Shown here: one piece after another, positions 12,874-24,756 of the stretch | How positions within the stretch are numbered: the first letter of the stretch is position 1 | How the letters are laid out: each line of letters starts with the position of its first letter | Assembly: GCF_000743755.1 (NCBI RefSeq) | Contig: NW_014569498.1 | Location: 1 to 45,964, forward strand | From: Blastocystis sp. subtype 4 | Taxonomy: Eukaryota | DNA length: 45,964 nucleotides | Reading direction: 5' to 3' | Made by a program: the position numbers and the translations under genes | The notes under the pieces: generated by a model | The model's database searches: none | The model's input: the letters and a program-made list of their open reading frames with translations, nothing else | What the model was told of the DNA's origin: nothing

Positions 12874-13683
12874 ATCGTCCTCTTCTTCGATTTGCTTCTT
12901 TTAGACGCTGAACTGAATGCTTGTAGTGCTCCATTCTGGATCGCAAGGACCAGTCACGACTCTTGATTGTCTGAATTGCTACACGAACAGCTTTGTTTGC
13001 CACTTTACGACCATATTCAATCATTTCATCATCTGTCTCAGCTTCTTCTTCAGCCTATGATTTATCTGAGAGTAAATAATCAAACTTGCTTTGCTTGTTG
13101 ATCTTTGTAGTGTGAATGGGTGCCCCAATCAATGACATCTTGCTCTTCAAATACCGTCGTTTTATAATCAGCAAGAGGCTTAATTTGAATCTGCCTTGGA
13201 GGATTGATCAGCGTCTTGGGAGGTCGAAATGGCTTTGTGACTTCATTTGGTTTTCCTAGAATCTGTCTTAGTGGTTTTACATCATCTTGCTGATGGGTTT
13301 CTTGGGGTTTTGAGTGAGTCGTCTGGTAATCATGGATTCTAGATTCGACTGTATCCAGTAATCTTGCCGCTGGAATAATGAGTTCGTCAAACATTTTCAA
13401 TACCTCATCTATGCCTCATCCCATGAACCCTCATTTACCACAAAACTCCAACGATTGGTTCATTTTTGCAATTTGATGCTCTAACATGACTGAATAATCC
13501 ACTCTTGATTTCTTCTCTTCTGGAACATTGGGACGATCAATTCGACTTCTCTTTCGACCCCAGACGTATTCTTCCATCGTTGTCGATGATTTGGGAGGAC
13601 TGAGCGAACATGATACTGGAATCCTCTGATAAGCAATCTCTATGTCCTAGTCATCACAAAAATCCACTTTGAACAGAATTCAT
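12874..13683 (-). CDS. Hypothetical protein; stop probably created by polyadenylation
   Basis: Exons join ORFs 13080-13400 and 12794-13024. The last exon ...EANRRRGR is followed by T(12874)-ACAC-TCTTTGTT; otherwise the frame runs into the convergent gene. Confidence 0.55.
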
Positions 13684-13728
13684 CAGGAGAAAGTGAGTTC
13701 ATATTCAGATGGAGGGAACAAACAATCA

Positions 13729-15291
13729 ATGATAACATTGGGGAAAATGACACGATATCACCGTTTGTCAAACAACAGGAAAATGAACAACCATTTGGAC
13801 TCCAGACCGCAGAATTGGGAGTGGCATTGCGAAACTCTTTCTCATACTAGGATATTATACAATTCAAACATCTTACAATAATCTCCCATGTGCTTGACTG
13901 GATCACTCGAATATGGGCACAAAACACTTTTTTATTCTCCTCATAGATTGGATAACTATCAAGGAACCAATTCCAACAAGAGTTACTTATTCTCTGTACA
14001 CAAGAGGATGAAATTGTTCGATTTACAAAAATCTACTCCAACTACAGAAACATCATCACGGATATTAATAAACTCCAAAACATATCCTTTTGTTTCTGGA
14101 TCCAAACTCAATACGGCCAATTTCTTCTTCACTTGGCCTACTCCTATATCACATTTTGCAGCAATACTAACTCCATATTGCTCATTTCCATCATCTAATG
14201 TAACATCCATCATGAATAAGTACCTTGATAAGATGATTCCACTACTACCTCGCCTTCAGTACCATTAATGGCCTGTTGCATAATACGACTAAATGACCGT
14301 CCTTGGGACAAGTCCTTCTTCTCTTCTGAAACAAGATGCAGATAATCGCGATCAAAAGCAGGTCCATAACTCAATGAATAATACTTCGGTTCCATGTACT
14401 TTGGTTGTGCTTCACTATGTGATAACTCATATTCTTACACTACATAGCAACAAGAAGGAACATTCCACAATTACTAATACTCATACAACGATCCGTAACC
14501 AAATAAGAAGTAGATGTAATTAGAAGCGGTTTAGAGACTTGAAACGAATTCTGTTCCATTGTCAATAAATATTCCTCGATTCTTCCTTCATCTTCAAATT
14601 CTTGATTATTTAAGATTCTTCGAGAACCAATCAAAAGAAGTTCACCTCCTCCAGCAAACAAAGTACTTATAATCGCATAACCTTTCTTTTGAATAATTAA
14701 CTGTGGGACAGTTGAATTCTATCAATCAATCAAGCAAGCAAGACAATACCTGATAATCCCATATATAAACACTATCACCACAACCAAACAATAGATAGTC
14801 TTGTCTAATTTATGAAATCATAAAGAATTTACGAGGGGTGAAAGTCCAATGTTACAATCTCCTTATCACCTACCACAATATCTTTATATGAAGAACCACT
14901 TTTAGTGTCCCAGAGAATCAAACGAGATCCAAGACAGCCGCTTGCACAGAGATTCATGTCCCTTGGATGCCATTTGACTGTCCAGGGAGTTCGAGGATGA
15001 CGATAGAATGTCTATATTGATAATTGAACTGGATACTATACATGAACAAGACGACCTGTCTGTGCATTTGTTATTAAGACTTCATGTGAACTATGGGTCG
15101 TAGCAATCAACTTCCTAGATAATCAACAAGGTGAAATGCATACCCATCACCACTATAGGCGATTGCAAGAGCTGATTTGCGCTCTTCATCTGGATATGGG
15201 AAGGGAAATACATTCATTTGTATCTAGATATTATAGTACAGAATCGAGAATGCACATTCCTAAACGATTGCAATTCAGCTTCAAACTCCAT
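13729..15291 (-). CDS. AMBRA1-like WD40 (DCAF-type) protein; stop created by polyadenylation
   Basis: HPRTPWTVKWHPRDMNLCASGCLG resembles AMBRA1 GHRRTPWCVTFHP...ASGCLDG. Last blade NSAVWSPNG...SFSPMLS is followed by T(13729)-TGAT-TGTTTGTT. Confidence 0.75.
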
Positions 15292-15559
15292 TTTTCGCCG
15301 CATTAGACTTGGATTCAACCCTACATAAAACAGAACAATAGATCGTACCCAATTTGGCATAGAGTCTCCAGGAAGCATTATTCTTGGAAATGATGAGATT
15401 TCTATAGATCAGCTAGGGGGAGGGATGGCAACTCCATAGAATGCTGAAAACCTCGAATACGGCAAGATCTCTAAGTGAATAAGAAACCTAATGACGCCTT
15501 TCTTTTGGATTCCAATTATATAACCGATTTGGTGACTCATAAACAAAGATCCTAACAAC

Positions 15560-16853
15560 TTACATATACATTCCATTATAGTCATCCGAATTCTGATTGT
15601 CGTGATTACTATTATTATTGGATCTGTCTGGCTGATCCAAACCCCGAAGTTGTTGCTGAATAAGATTCTGCAGCTGTTGTGGATTCAATGATCCATTTCC
15701 TGTCTATTTGTAATAAACAATCATCACTCCTACAAGAGGAATGGGAATGCTAGTAGCCATAACACTTACACTAGCTGGTTCACCTCGATTCATAGCTGGT
15801 GCAGGTAACCGAGCTAGATCCTGTGTGATCGCCGCATGCTCATTCAGGGCACGGACCATCTGAGGCCAGGCCCGTGCACTAAAATTCGTTTCATGTAATT
15901 TCCGTTGTAGGAAGGAAGCAGTCTGCTGTAGGTTGATGATATATGCAGCTACAGCTGCTGCAGTACGCTACAGTGATGATAGAGAAAGGAAGGATACATC
16001 ATTTGAGTTATGCATAAGCAGACGTTGTGTGTTCGACTGAATCGATTCCTAAGAATGAGAATCAGGACAATGAGATACCAGGACAGTTGAGGGTTGAGGC
16101 TGGGTGGGAGAGGGGGTAGGACCAGAAGTCTGGTGTTCTGTTCCTTCAGTTACATGATCAGGTTGTTGATCCGTGGATGCCTCCGTTGGGTGTTCTGCTT
16201 CAGTAGCATCAGTGGGCTGAACATGAGCCTCTGTTAGAGTTCCTGCGGTAGAATCCAGAACTTCATTAAGAATGTCACTATGATTAACTTTGTATCAATA
16301 CACTACTCTACACTTTGAGAAGGTGCTTCTGACGATGTGCGATTTGAAGTTGATTCCTGTGTAGCAGTAGAACCGACTACAACAATATGGTCGTGAAAAC
16401 AATACCTTGAGGAATACTGTGCATTACAGCACCTATCGAAGAAGTAATCGCACGGACAATAGGATTAACGATGTTAGTAAACTCATCTGAAGGATTTGGA
16501 GTCTACCCTATGAAAAAAACCAATTAAGAAGACAGATGATGGAAGTGTATCCGAACTTCGTTCAACAGTACCCGTACTGGGAACCTACATCTAAAATTGC
16601 CACTAAAGAAAAGTACACTCTGTTTTACAACAAAAACAACACAGTTATTCTCAATGTTGCATTCTTGCAACGTCTGGTCATTTCGAAGAACTCGGCCGCG
16701 GAATATGAGCCGCTGATAATTGAATGGAATAGAAGACACGCTTTCAATCCTCCTTTTCAACATCTCCACTGTGTCAGATAAACGACAAGCGGTGATGAAG
16801 TTTTCACCATCCATAATATTGATTTTCACAGAGATAGCATCCGAATCGGCCAT
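15560..16853 (-). CDS. N-terminal ubiquitin-like domain protein (BAG6/ubiquilin-like architecture)
   Basis: UBL DTVEMLKRRIE...QRLIFRGRVL...TLQECNI, followed by low-complexity and helical exons; ends DYNGMYM*. Confidence 0.75.
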
Positions 16854-17056
16854 TAGAGTCAGAAAGTATAAAGAAGTGTAATAATCTTGCAGACATTCTA
16901 TTGAGTTCTATAAGGTTTGTCTCAACTATCATGAATATATAAGTGGAAGATTCTTGTTTGCTTAAACAACAAGCAATTACTGTTCATTAGATACATTCAT
17001 TTTTTGAGAATCCAATACATGAATATAAACTGCAAGATGCATTCATGATAAACAAT

Positions 17057-17779
17057 TCAATGACCATTTAGTACATCCTCAACAATTCGTTGCGTCGTAA
17101 TCCACGTACTTCTAGCAATAGTAGGAGCCTTTCCATTCTCTCTAACATAACTACGAATATAATCTGTTGATAGAGGATCATGGGGATATCCTGTTCCAAT
17201 ATCTATACCCAATTCCTTGGAAAGTGCATCCATTGCGCGATCTCGTTCCACTTTCGATATTACAGAGGCTGCAGCAACACAAGTATGATTTGCATCAGCA
17301 TGAAATTCACACCGAATAGTTGCCGATGGAAAGAGTTTGCATGTTTCATCGTGCAAACGATTGTTCTTACTCACAAAAGCATCAATCACCACCTCATCAA
17401 CCGGATCGTTTACAAACTTCTTCAACATATCAAAGATATGATTTTCTTCGATTACATTCATTGATAATCCACGTAACCGGAGACGATCAATGGAAAGTGA
17501 CGAAATGTGCATTGAGCAGCTTCGTATCTTGGCTTCCAGAATTGCATCGTATAACCGAAATCGCTGATCAGGTGTCATCTGCTTCGAGTCCTTCGTACCC
17601 ATACTGCGTAATTCTCTTTCACTCTCTTCATCCAACAAGACACAAGAGATCACGAGTGGACCTAGAACAGCCCCTCTTCCTGCTTCGTCAACACCCAGCC
17701 GCAGTACTGAGAAGAATCGTCTCCAACAATGGAATCCAATGGATTTCAGTCCTTGATTCATACAACCACCAAACTGCAT
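17057..17779 (-). CDS. rnhB: Ribonuclease HII, intronless, with a presequence-like N-terminus
   Basis: GVDEAGRG, DSK, IDA, HADA..CVAAASVISKVERD, GTGYPHDP and RSTW motifs; N-terminus MNQGLKSIGFHCWRRFFS. Confidence 0.92.
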   Translation of the reverse strand: MQFGGCMNQGLKSIGFHCWRRFFSVLRLGVDEAGRGAVLGPLVISCVLLDEESERELRSMGTKDSKQMTPDQRFRLYDAILEAKIRSCSMHISSLSIDRLRLRGLSMNVIEENHIFDMLKKFVNDPVDEVVIDAFVSKNNRLHDETCKLFPSATIRCEFHADANHTCVAAASVISKVERDRAMDALSKELGIDIGTGYPHDPLSTDYIRSYVRENGKAPTIARSTWITTQRIVEDVLNGH

Positions 17780-17948
17780 CTATGAAACAGCGATTAAACC
17801 CTAGAGTTGACTAATCCTGAACACAGAGAAAGCTTCCAAATCAATGATACTCCAATTTGATGGAATCAACTTGAGAGATATGTGTTCGGGGTTTTATACT
17901 GTCGTGTATCTCTCACGATTCCTTTCATTGAAACCTCCTGCCCATCCG

Positions 17949-19377
17949 ATGAAGAGAAGAGTACGGAGGGGGTGTCTACGAGGTGTTATTTGTGTAATCG
18001 GATTGATTGTGTTGCTTTTGGTTTCAGTGTTGGTTCTTTCTCTTGTATTCATTGTATAGGGAAATCGTAATGTTGACTCGCTTTAGTATACAAGCTAGTC
18101 CTGGTAAGAAAAGCCATTTGCGTGATTCTGTACTAGTAATTTGTTCTATTTATACTAGGTGATTCCATCTATTCGAAAGACAGATAAGTCTTTGACTCTC
18201 GTAGCGGCATCAGAGTAAGTGGGTTTTCGTTTTCATGATTGTATAGTCTCTCTCAGATTGATAGACTCAATTATGTAGTAGTAGCATGGATGGGGTATTA
18301 ATGTATCTCAATTTTGACATCTAGAGAGATATCTGTGGGCGTTTGTGTGTTTCCAAAAGAGACGGATTACTATAGTGATGTTATAAAGGGACTCTACTTC
18401 CCTTCTCGTGTTCAAGTAAATGTACTGCGAACAAAGAATTATGCTTTTCCTATCAACGAACTTCGGAATTTGGCGATTGATCACGCCTCTTCTACACATG
18501 TATTCGTTTCGGATGCAGATGTCATTCCATCGCGTATTCAATTCATCTTTCTTCTAATATAGCTAATCTGCAAGAATCGTTTTTAACTCTTCCAAATTAT
18601 ATTCTACGTGATAGTAACCATGCGTTAATTGTGCCACTATTTGAAACTCCTTTCAAATCTCTTCCTTGTAGTCCATGGTTTGAATGTATCGAAGAGTATT
18701 TCTCTTTCTTCTGTATGATCTAGAACCGAGGTTTATACACGTCTCTCAAAACAAGATCTCCGTTGGTGTCTGCAGTTTGGAGGCTGCAAAAATCTTGGTA
18801 TGAAGGATTTTAATGTATTTACTAGAAATACAACTTACATCTAGAAATTCGTTGATGCTTCGTGGGATTCCCTTCCTCTTTCAAACTACTCGACTCCTTT
18901 GTTCTGTTGGGATAATCCTAACCAAGAACCGTATATTGTGAAAGGCGTCTATTATGAATAGTTTTCTTATTGTCGCCAAAACTCCCGAATTACCGCGGTT
19001 TACTCCATCATTTATTGATTATGGATATAATCGTATGGAGTGGGTCGCACATCTCCGGTATGCTGGATATCGTTTTTCTGTTCTCTCTCAAGCTTGGGGT
19101 TTTCATCTTCGGCATGAAAAGTTGCAGACATTCTCTGACAATGATGTTTAGATCCTTCTATGCCTTAAAATCGAGAGAGAAGAGCGATCCAACCAAGGGA
19201 AAACGAGGTGGTCCAGACACCGCAAAGATGTTTGAAAAAGTGTTGCGGAAGTTTGAAGCAGAATACTCGGATGTGAGTCGAATACCCATGTGTTCATCAG
19301 TCCAACCAACTGTGGAAACTCGGAGCCCAGTCAAAAGTGGAAGAAAACGTATTTCGAGGTACAAAGTGAAGCGATAA
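17949..19377 (+). CDS. Glycosyltransferase family 49 (LARGE/B4GAT1-like), type II membrane protein
   Basis: Basic N-tail plus TM, FPINELRNLA...FVSDADVIP (DxD), and PRF...FIDYGYNR...LRYAGYRFSVL; many ~30-nt introns. Confidence 0.85.
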
Positions 19378-19404
19378 CAACGTGTGTATTTAGAAACAGA
19401 TTGT

Positions 19405-21397
19405 TTACTGATCAAATACAATTCGTTTCATAGTCATTTCCATTGCATCTCCTAACTCTATTCTTCATTCTCTTTATCATTACTCACTCTCACACTCTAT
19501 CTTCTCATTGTGAGTCACTTCCAAATAATATTTGATCTTCGGTTCTGTTCCACTCGTACGAAGGGTTAAACACGCCCCATTTGTAAACTCAAATGTAATC
19601 ATTTGACTTGAAGGATCCACAGGAAGAACTGCTCTTTGATCCTCTTGGACACTATCAAACCCTGTAGTCAGATCACGAATTGATTTTACTGGGTAAGAAC
19701 CCATCTGGAATCTATCCCTTATCATCGTTTCCCACAAATACAAGTAATTCCCCTGATTACGTAATCTTTCAAATACTTCGTCTGTGTACAACTTATCATG
19801 ACTAATCACATAGCCATTACGTGTAGTAAAATAACCACAAACCGAATAGCTACAGATAAATCCCCGTTCCCATTCATCTTACATTTCAGCCAAATATTCA
19901 ACTAATCCACTTCCTGAAGCCACCAAATCACTAATAATCTCACACATTTTCGCAGTAGCAGAAACCCCATCCTTATCTCTCAATACACCTCCAACAGCAT
20001 AGCCAATGGCCTCTTCATAGGTAACCATTGGCACATATCCATTCTCTTCCAGCTCAGCCTGACGATTTCCCATCCACTTAAAGCCAGTCAGTGTTTGATC
20101 GCAACGAACTCCGAAATGCTCTCCAATCTTCAGCAGAAGACGGCTACTCACCACACTGTTGATTAAACAACGTTTCTCACCTTCACTGTGTGAACACATA
20201 TAGTATCCAAAAATAGCTCCGATTTCGTCACCCTTAAAAACATGCCACTACAATCAATCCATCCAATAAGATCTACTCCATTACTAGTTTTCTGACAGCA
20301 AATGAAACGATCTGCATCCGGATCGGTTGCCATCACATACTCAATTCCTTCTTTGTCAGCCATCTTCATAGCCAGATCAAGAGCTCCCTTTTCTTCTGGA
20401 TTTGGGAATGAAACAGTTGGGAAACTTGGATCAGGATTAATCTGTTCATTGACAATAGCCACTTCAGGCAGATGGAAATGATGCAACAATTCTTTTACAT
20501 ATCGATAACCGACTCCATGCATTGCAGTATACATAATTCGAGGACATTTCTGGAAATGAGTCAATACCTTCAGTTTCTCACATTGTTCATTTCATCCGAA
20601 TTCTTATGAAGCACCTTCACAGTATGACTCATATACTTTTGAATAGCTTCGTCTGTCACATCCACAACTTCTGGTACAGGAAGAGTAGCATAGGAACACC
20701 AGGGCTTTAAGTTCTTTGTGATTGCATTTGAAATACCAATGTCATGAGGAGGAATGATCTGACAAGCATTTTCCCAGTAGATCTTGTAGCCATTATCGGC
20801 AGCAGGATTATGGGATGCTGTAATCATAATTCCAGCACAACAATGGTATTCTGATATCACAAAAGGCTACAAGTCTCAGAAATGAATAAAGGCCAACAAC
20901 TAAAGGAGTAAATGCAAATTGGTGGAATGCATAAACCTTGATTCCCTTCTGAGAGAAGACTTTAACCGTAATGTCAAAGAAGGATTTGGATGACAAATCA
21001 CCGTATGCACGATGGTCATAGCCAACAACAACTCCACGGCTTTTGGCTTCTTCTCCAAATGTGTCAAGAAGATACTCGCTCAATCCCTGTCATTACCAAT
21101 ATTTCCAAATCCTTACTTGGGCAGTTTGTAGCACAACAAGGTCATTCATACAACTATATCCTGCTCCCATTCTTCCACGTAATCCTGATTCTCACATTTG
21201 TCAATAACGTATACCCGCTGTTCCAAACACAAGGCGATTCATAATCCGTATACGGAGATCTTCCCATCTCTCCTCCTTTATGAGTGTAGCAATCTCCTCT
21301 CTTGTCGAATCAACCGGATCCCATTGGACATATTCTTCAGATTTGCTTCGTATCTCTTCAATTGTAGCCATTCTTCGTTTAGATTGTATTTGGGCAT
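19405..21397 (-). CDS. PGM2: Phosphoglucomutase/phosphopentomutase (PGM2 type)
   Basis: FGTAG, ITASHNP (phosphoserine loop), DPDADR (metal loop), YEEAIGY, DKDG and RTSGTEPKIKYY. Confidence 0.93.
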
Positions 21398-21449
21398 TGC
21401 GGAATTCGGTGTCGCATCCCCAGATTCCTTTCTTGTCGCATTATCGCAT

Positions 21450-22035
21450 ATGCCTCGTATTCCCATTCAAGGAGCAATTCCACAGGATTTCTCATGGTTT
21501 TGTGAACCATCGAACTACCGTGTTGAACAGGATAAGATCATTATCTGTCCTGACAGTGGAAGTGACTTTTGGCAACGAACTCATTATGGATTTCGTAATA
21601 ACAATGGTCATTGTCTGTGGACAAAAAGATCAGGAGACTTCATTCTTCAAACTCATGTCAAGTACGAACCAAAGCACCGTTTCGATCAAGCAGGACTCAT
21701 TGTTTATTTTACGGAAGATTTTTGGGTGAAATGTTCTGTGGAACACGAACCCGATGCTCCGTTCAATCTGGGATCTGTTGTTACAAATCTTGGGTACTCT
21801 GACTGGGCTACTCAACCCTTTTCAAAGCAAATCGTTGATATGGAATTTATGATCAAGCATGTGAAGCAGGACTTTGAGATTTATTGTCGTGAATATGGAA
21901 CGGATCGTTGGCAACAGCTGCGTATCAGCCGACTTGAATTACCCTTAGATACAGTTTTCCAGGTTGGGATCTATGCTTGTAGCCCTCAAGAAGGTGGGTT
22001 TGAAGCAGTATTTGATTCTATTATCATTGATAATT
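21450..22035 (+). CDS. DUF1349 (ConA-like, Ree1-family) protein, intronless; stop probably created by polyadenylation
   Basis: SDFWQRTHYGF, FDQAGL, WVKCSVE, GSVVTNLGYSDW, VGIYACSP. The domain ends at IIIDN, followed by T(22035)-CGAT-TCTTTGTA; the ORF-track tail overlaps the convergent gene. Confidence 0.85.
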
Positions 22036-22061
22036 CGATTCTTTGTATCAACAAACACTTG

Positions 22062-22783
22062 TATGTCTCCGAGTTACGTTCAATCACGATTCTCACTTTG
22101 GTATCTTTTCTACGTCTTAGTCACTATTCACATCTAGACCCTCTGTTCTGAAGAATGATATCTCTTTCCCGATTCTTTCCAATCAACTCCAGACACTCTT
22201 GATACACTTGCTTATACGCAATCCCATTTGTTTCAAAGACATTCTCTTGAATTATTCATTTATAATGATACTTCTGTATTATGAAGGGCCGTATTTAGGA
22301 TGCAACCCTTTCGTTTCCAAGATACTCTGTCTTTATCTTCATAACAATCGCCATAGTACGAAGCATGGATTTCCCTGATTGATAACATTCAGTATATCTT
22401 CTACGATCGCAACACATCTGAGCCATTATCAAGTTTGTTGCCTCGTTCATAATCTAGATAGTGTGTCAACTCATGGCATAACACATTTTCCAACTAGCCA
22501 TATTCACACACGAGTATCCTTACTTCGGTATCCGTTTCAATCTGGTCTTCACAGATACCAATATATGGAGGATCTGCATCAAAATAACCACGAAATATTG
22601 AACTTCCATCTAGTCATCAACATTCAGTGCACAAACTAACGGCGACCACATTTCTGACATTTGATATGAACTTCGTCAATTCCCTAAAATACATTTTTGC
22701 AGTTTTAATACGTTTTCTTCCAGAAGATGAAGGATGTCCTGGGTTTTCCGGGAATTCCGTATTCTCTCTTCTGTAACTTCCAT
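22062..22783 (-). CDS. ATP23: ATP23/KUB3-like metalloprotease (peptidase M76); stop created by polyadenylation
   Basis: Seven exons give ...CQKC...RGYFD...IGICEDQI...ENVLCHELTHYLDY...SEIHASYYGDC...GC. It ends ...NSET + TA(22063-22062)-CAAG-TGTTTGTT with no genomic stop. Confidence 0.8.
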
Positions 22784-22836
22784 ATATCAAGACAAAGCCA
22801 CAAGAACGAACAAGATTCTTGCCTAACAAACACAAT

Positions 22837-24005
22837 ACTCCACAAAATCCTCAGCTTCTCGCTGAGGCGGAAACCCCATATCCTGTAACAACTTATGATA
22901 TTCTCGTGTATACTTCCCTTCAGCATTGCGTATCGTTACTTTCTTGATCTCATAATCTTTCCATTGCTGACTCTTTTCAAGGACTGCAATCACAAATAAT
23001 GGCCGTTTTCCCTCCTTTGGAATGAAATCCCATCTCTCTACAACACGCATGCCATTCACTTTACAACTTTCATCAATTCGTTTTTGTCCTAATGCACTCT
23101 CCACAACCACAAATCGACCCTGATCCTTTAAATAGCGATGTGCAGCTTCTATATATGCTTCCACACCTCCACGAAACTCAAATAAGCAAGCTTTCTGATC
23201 TACTTTGGCACTCAATGCCCCTTCTCCTTCCTTGAAGTATGGAGGTGTTCCCGTGATCACATCAAACTTTGAATTCTCTGGTAGAATGCCCTTATCACGA
23301 AGATCACCATTGTATACCTTCATTCGTGCCTCTGCTCCATTGAATCGGATGGATCGACTTGCTAGTCCACAACTGATCTTTTGAGCTTCAATTCCTACAG
23401 ACTGGAGATCTGGATACTTCCAACCAACCATCATCAAGACCGATCCCAAACCACAGCCCATATCCAGATGTGAAGATACTTCGATTCCTCTAGAACGCAA
23501 AGATGCAATTTCACGGCAAGCAACCCAGGCTGTTGTAACATCATCAGTACTAAAGCGATGTCCACCTTGTTTCTGGAATATCTTCCACTTACCGACAAGA
23601 GAGCATAATGCTTCTCCGTTTTTCGGTTGCAAGTCATCACTTGAGACATTCTCAGCATGATTCGGTCCAGGAATTATCCATCCCTCAGGCCATCTACTTA
23701 GTTATTATGGGTTAGTACATCTAAACCTCCTTTCAGGCATAATCACTCCAGGTTTGTTAAAGACGTTTCGGCGCTTTGCACATTCAATTATTCGATTACC
23801 TTCGCATACTGGACACACTATTCTCTTCTTCTTCACTTCACTACATGTTAACATTCCTCCAAACGAACTACATGATCCCTTCTCCTTTACACTTCCAACA
23901 GTATGACCCATTATGAAGATCTGTTCCTGGAGGTGGTTCTTGACTAGTTTGTCATGAAACTCTCAACAGATAGTACATGTCTCGCAACTCTTCATTGTCG
24001 CTCAT
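22837..24005 (-). CDS. SAM-dependent methyltransferase (TrmN6/YfiC-like) with an N-terminal CxxCxGxG zinc-finger; stop created by polyadenylation
   Basis: GHRFSTDD, LDMGCGLG, GTPPYF; 5' exons give CWKCKGEG...CPVCEG. Ends ...DFVE + T(22837)-ATTG-TGTTTGTT. Confidence 0.85.
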
Positions 24006-24031
24006 TTCATTTCTTAGTGAACAAACAAATG

Positions 24032-24713
24032 AGGGTTCATCCTCATGTAATAACAACAACTCTTCTAGTTCCTCTAGATTCTCTGGCTGGAAATGAATTT
24101 CATTATCTACAGGTTCATATATCTTGTTGCGGATATTCTCTCGCTCCTTCTCTAATCGCATATCTTCATTGTATTTGGTAATTTCACGGACTACACATCA
24201 CGTTCATCAATAACTCCTACTCTCTTCTTTTAAGATTTGTTTGGGTGTCAATTTTCGCACCGAAGCTAGACCATGAACGAGCTTATTATGTTTTCGTTCT
24301 AGCCGCCGTAGATATAAGACACTTCTCACATCCGGAATCTCCCATGGTCGTTTCTCAAAACGAACCTCATTTATATCAAACTCTGCTTTGGTTGGATCAT
24401 ACACAAATCCTTCTTTCTTTGTGAAGTCGGTCAATGGCCCAAAGTCATCATCCGTAATAATTATATTTTCTTTCTTCTTTTTTCCATGTTTTTTCTTCTT
24501 CTTGTGTACTTTTGTTGGAATTGAAGGATCCACAATTGATTGTTGTTTTTCAGATCCCTTCACAGGTTGTTCCATCTCCTTTACCATTTCTCCACTCCCA
24601 CAGGATTCATTCTCTTCCTGATCACCAATTGTTGTAGCAGCAACACTAGAACAACTAGCGGCATGGGTACTATCTGTAGGAGTCTGTGTAGACTCACGAA
24701 CAGTTAATTCCAT
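24032..24713 (-). CDS. Hypothetical protein with a Lys-rich NLS-like stretch; stop created by polyadenylation
   Basis: ORF 24207-24713 splices (30-nt intron) into the frame of ORF 23952-24161. Ends ...LHEDEP + T(24032)-CATT-TGTTTGTT; readthrough would enter the next gene. Confidence 0.7.
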
Positions 24714-24756
24714 CTCACTTTAAAGAATGAGTAACAAACACACCAAAGAAACTAAG

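Noticed and set aside
13683..13729. In-frame fusion of the AMBRA1-like gene with the downstream gene via ATG 13702
   Set aside because: ATG 13702 is in frame with the upstream gene, but its available splice choices hit stops. The downstream gene opens correctly only from ATG 13683 in another frame.
21198..21449. N-terminal extension of the 317-aa ORF overlapping PGM
   Set aside because: It is antisense to PGM exon 1 and starts at a non-ATG codon; the DUF1349 domain begins after ATG 21450.
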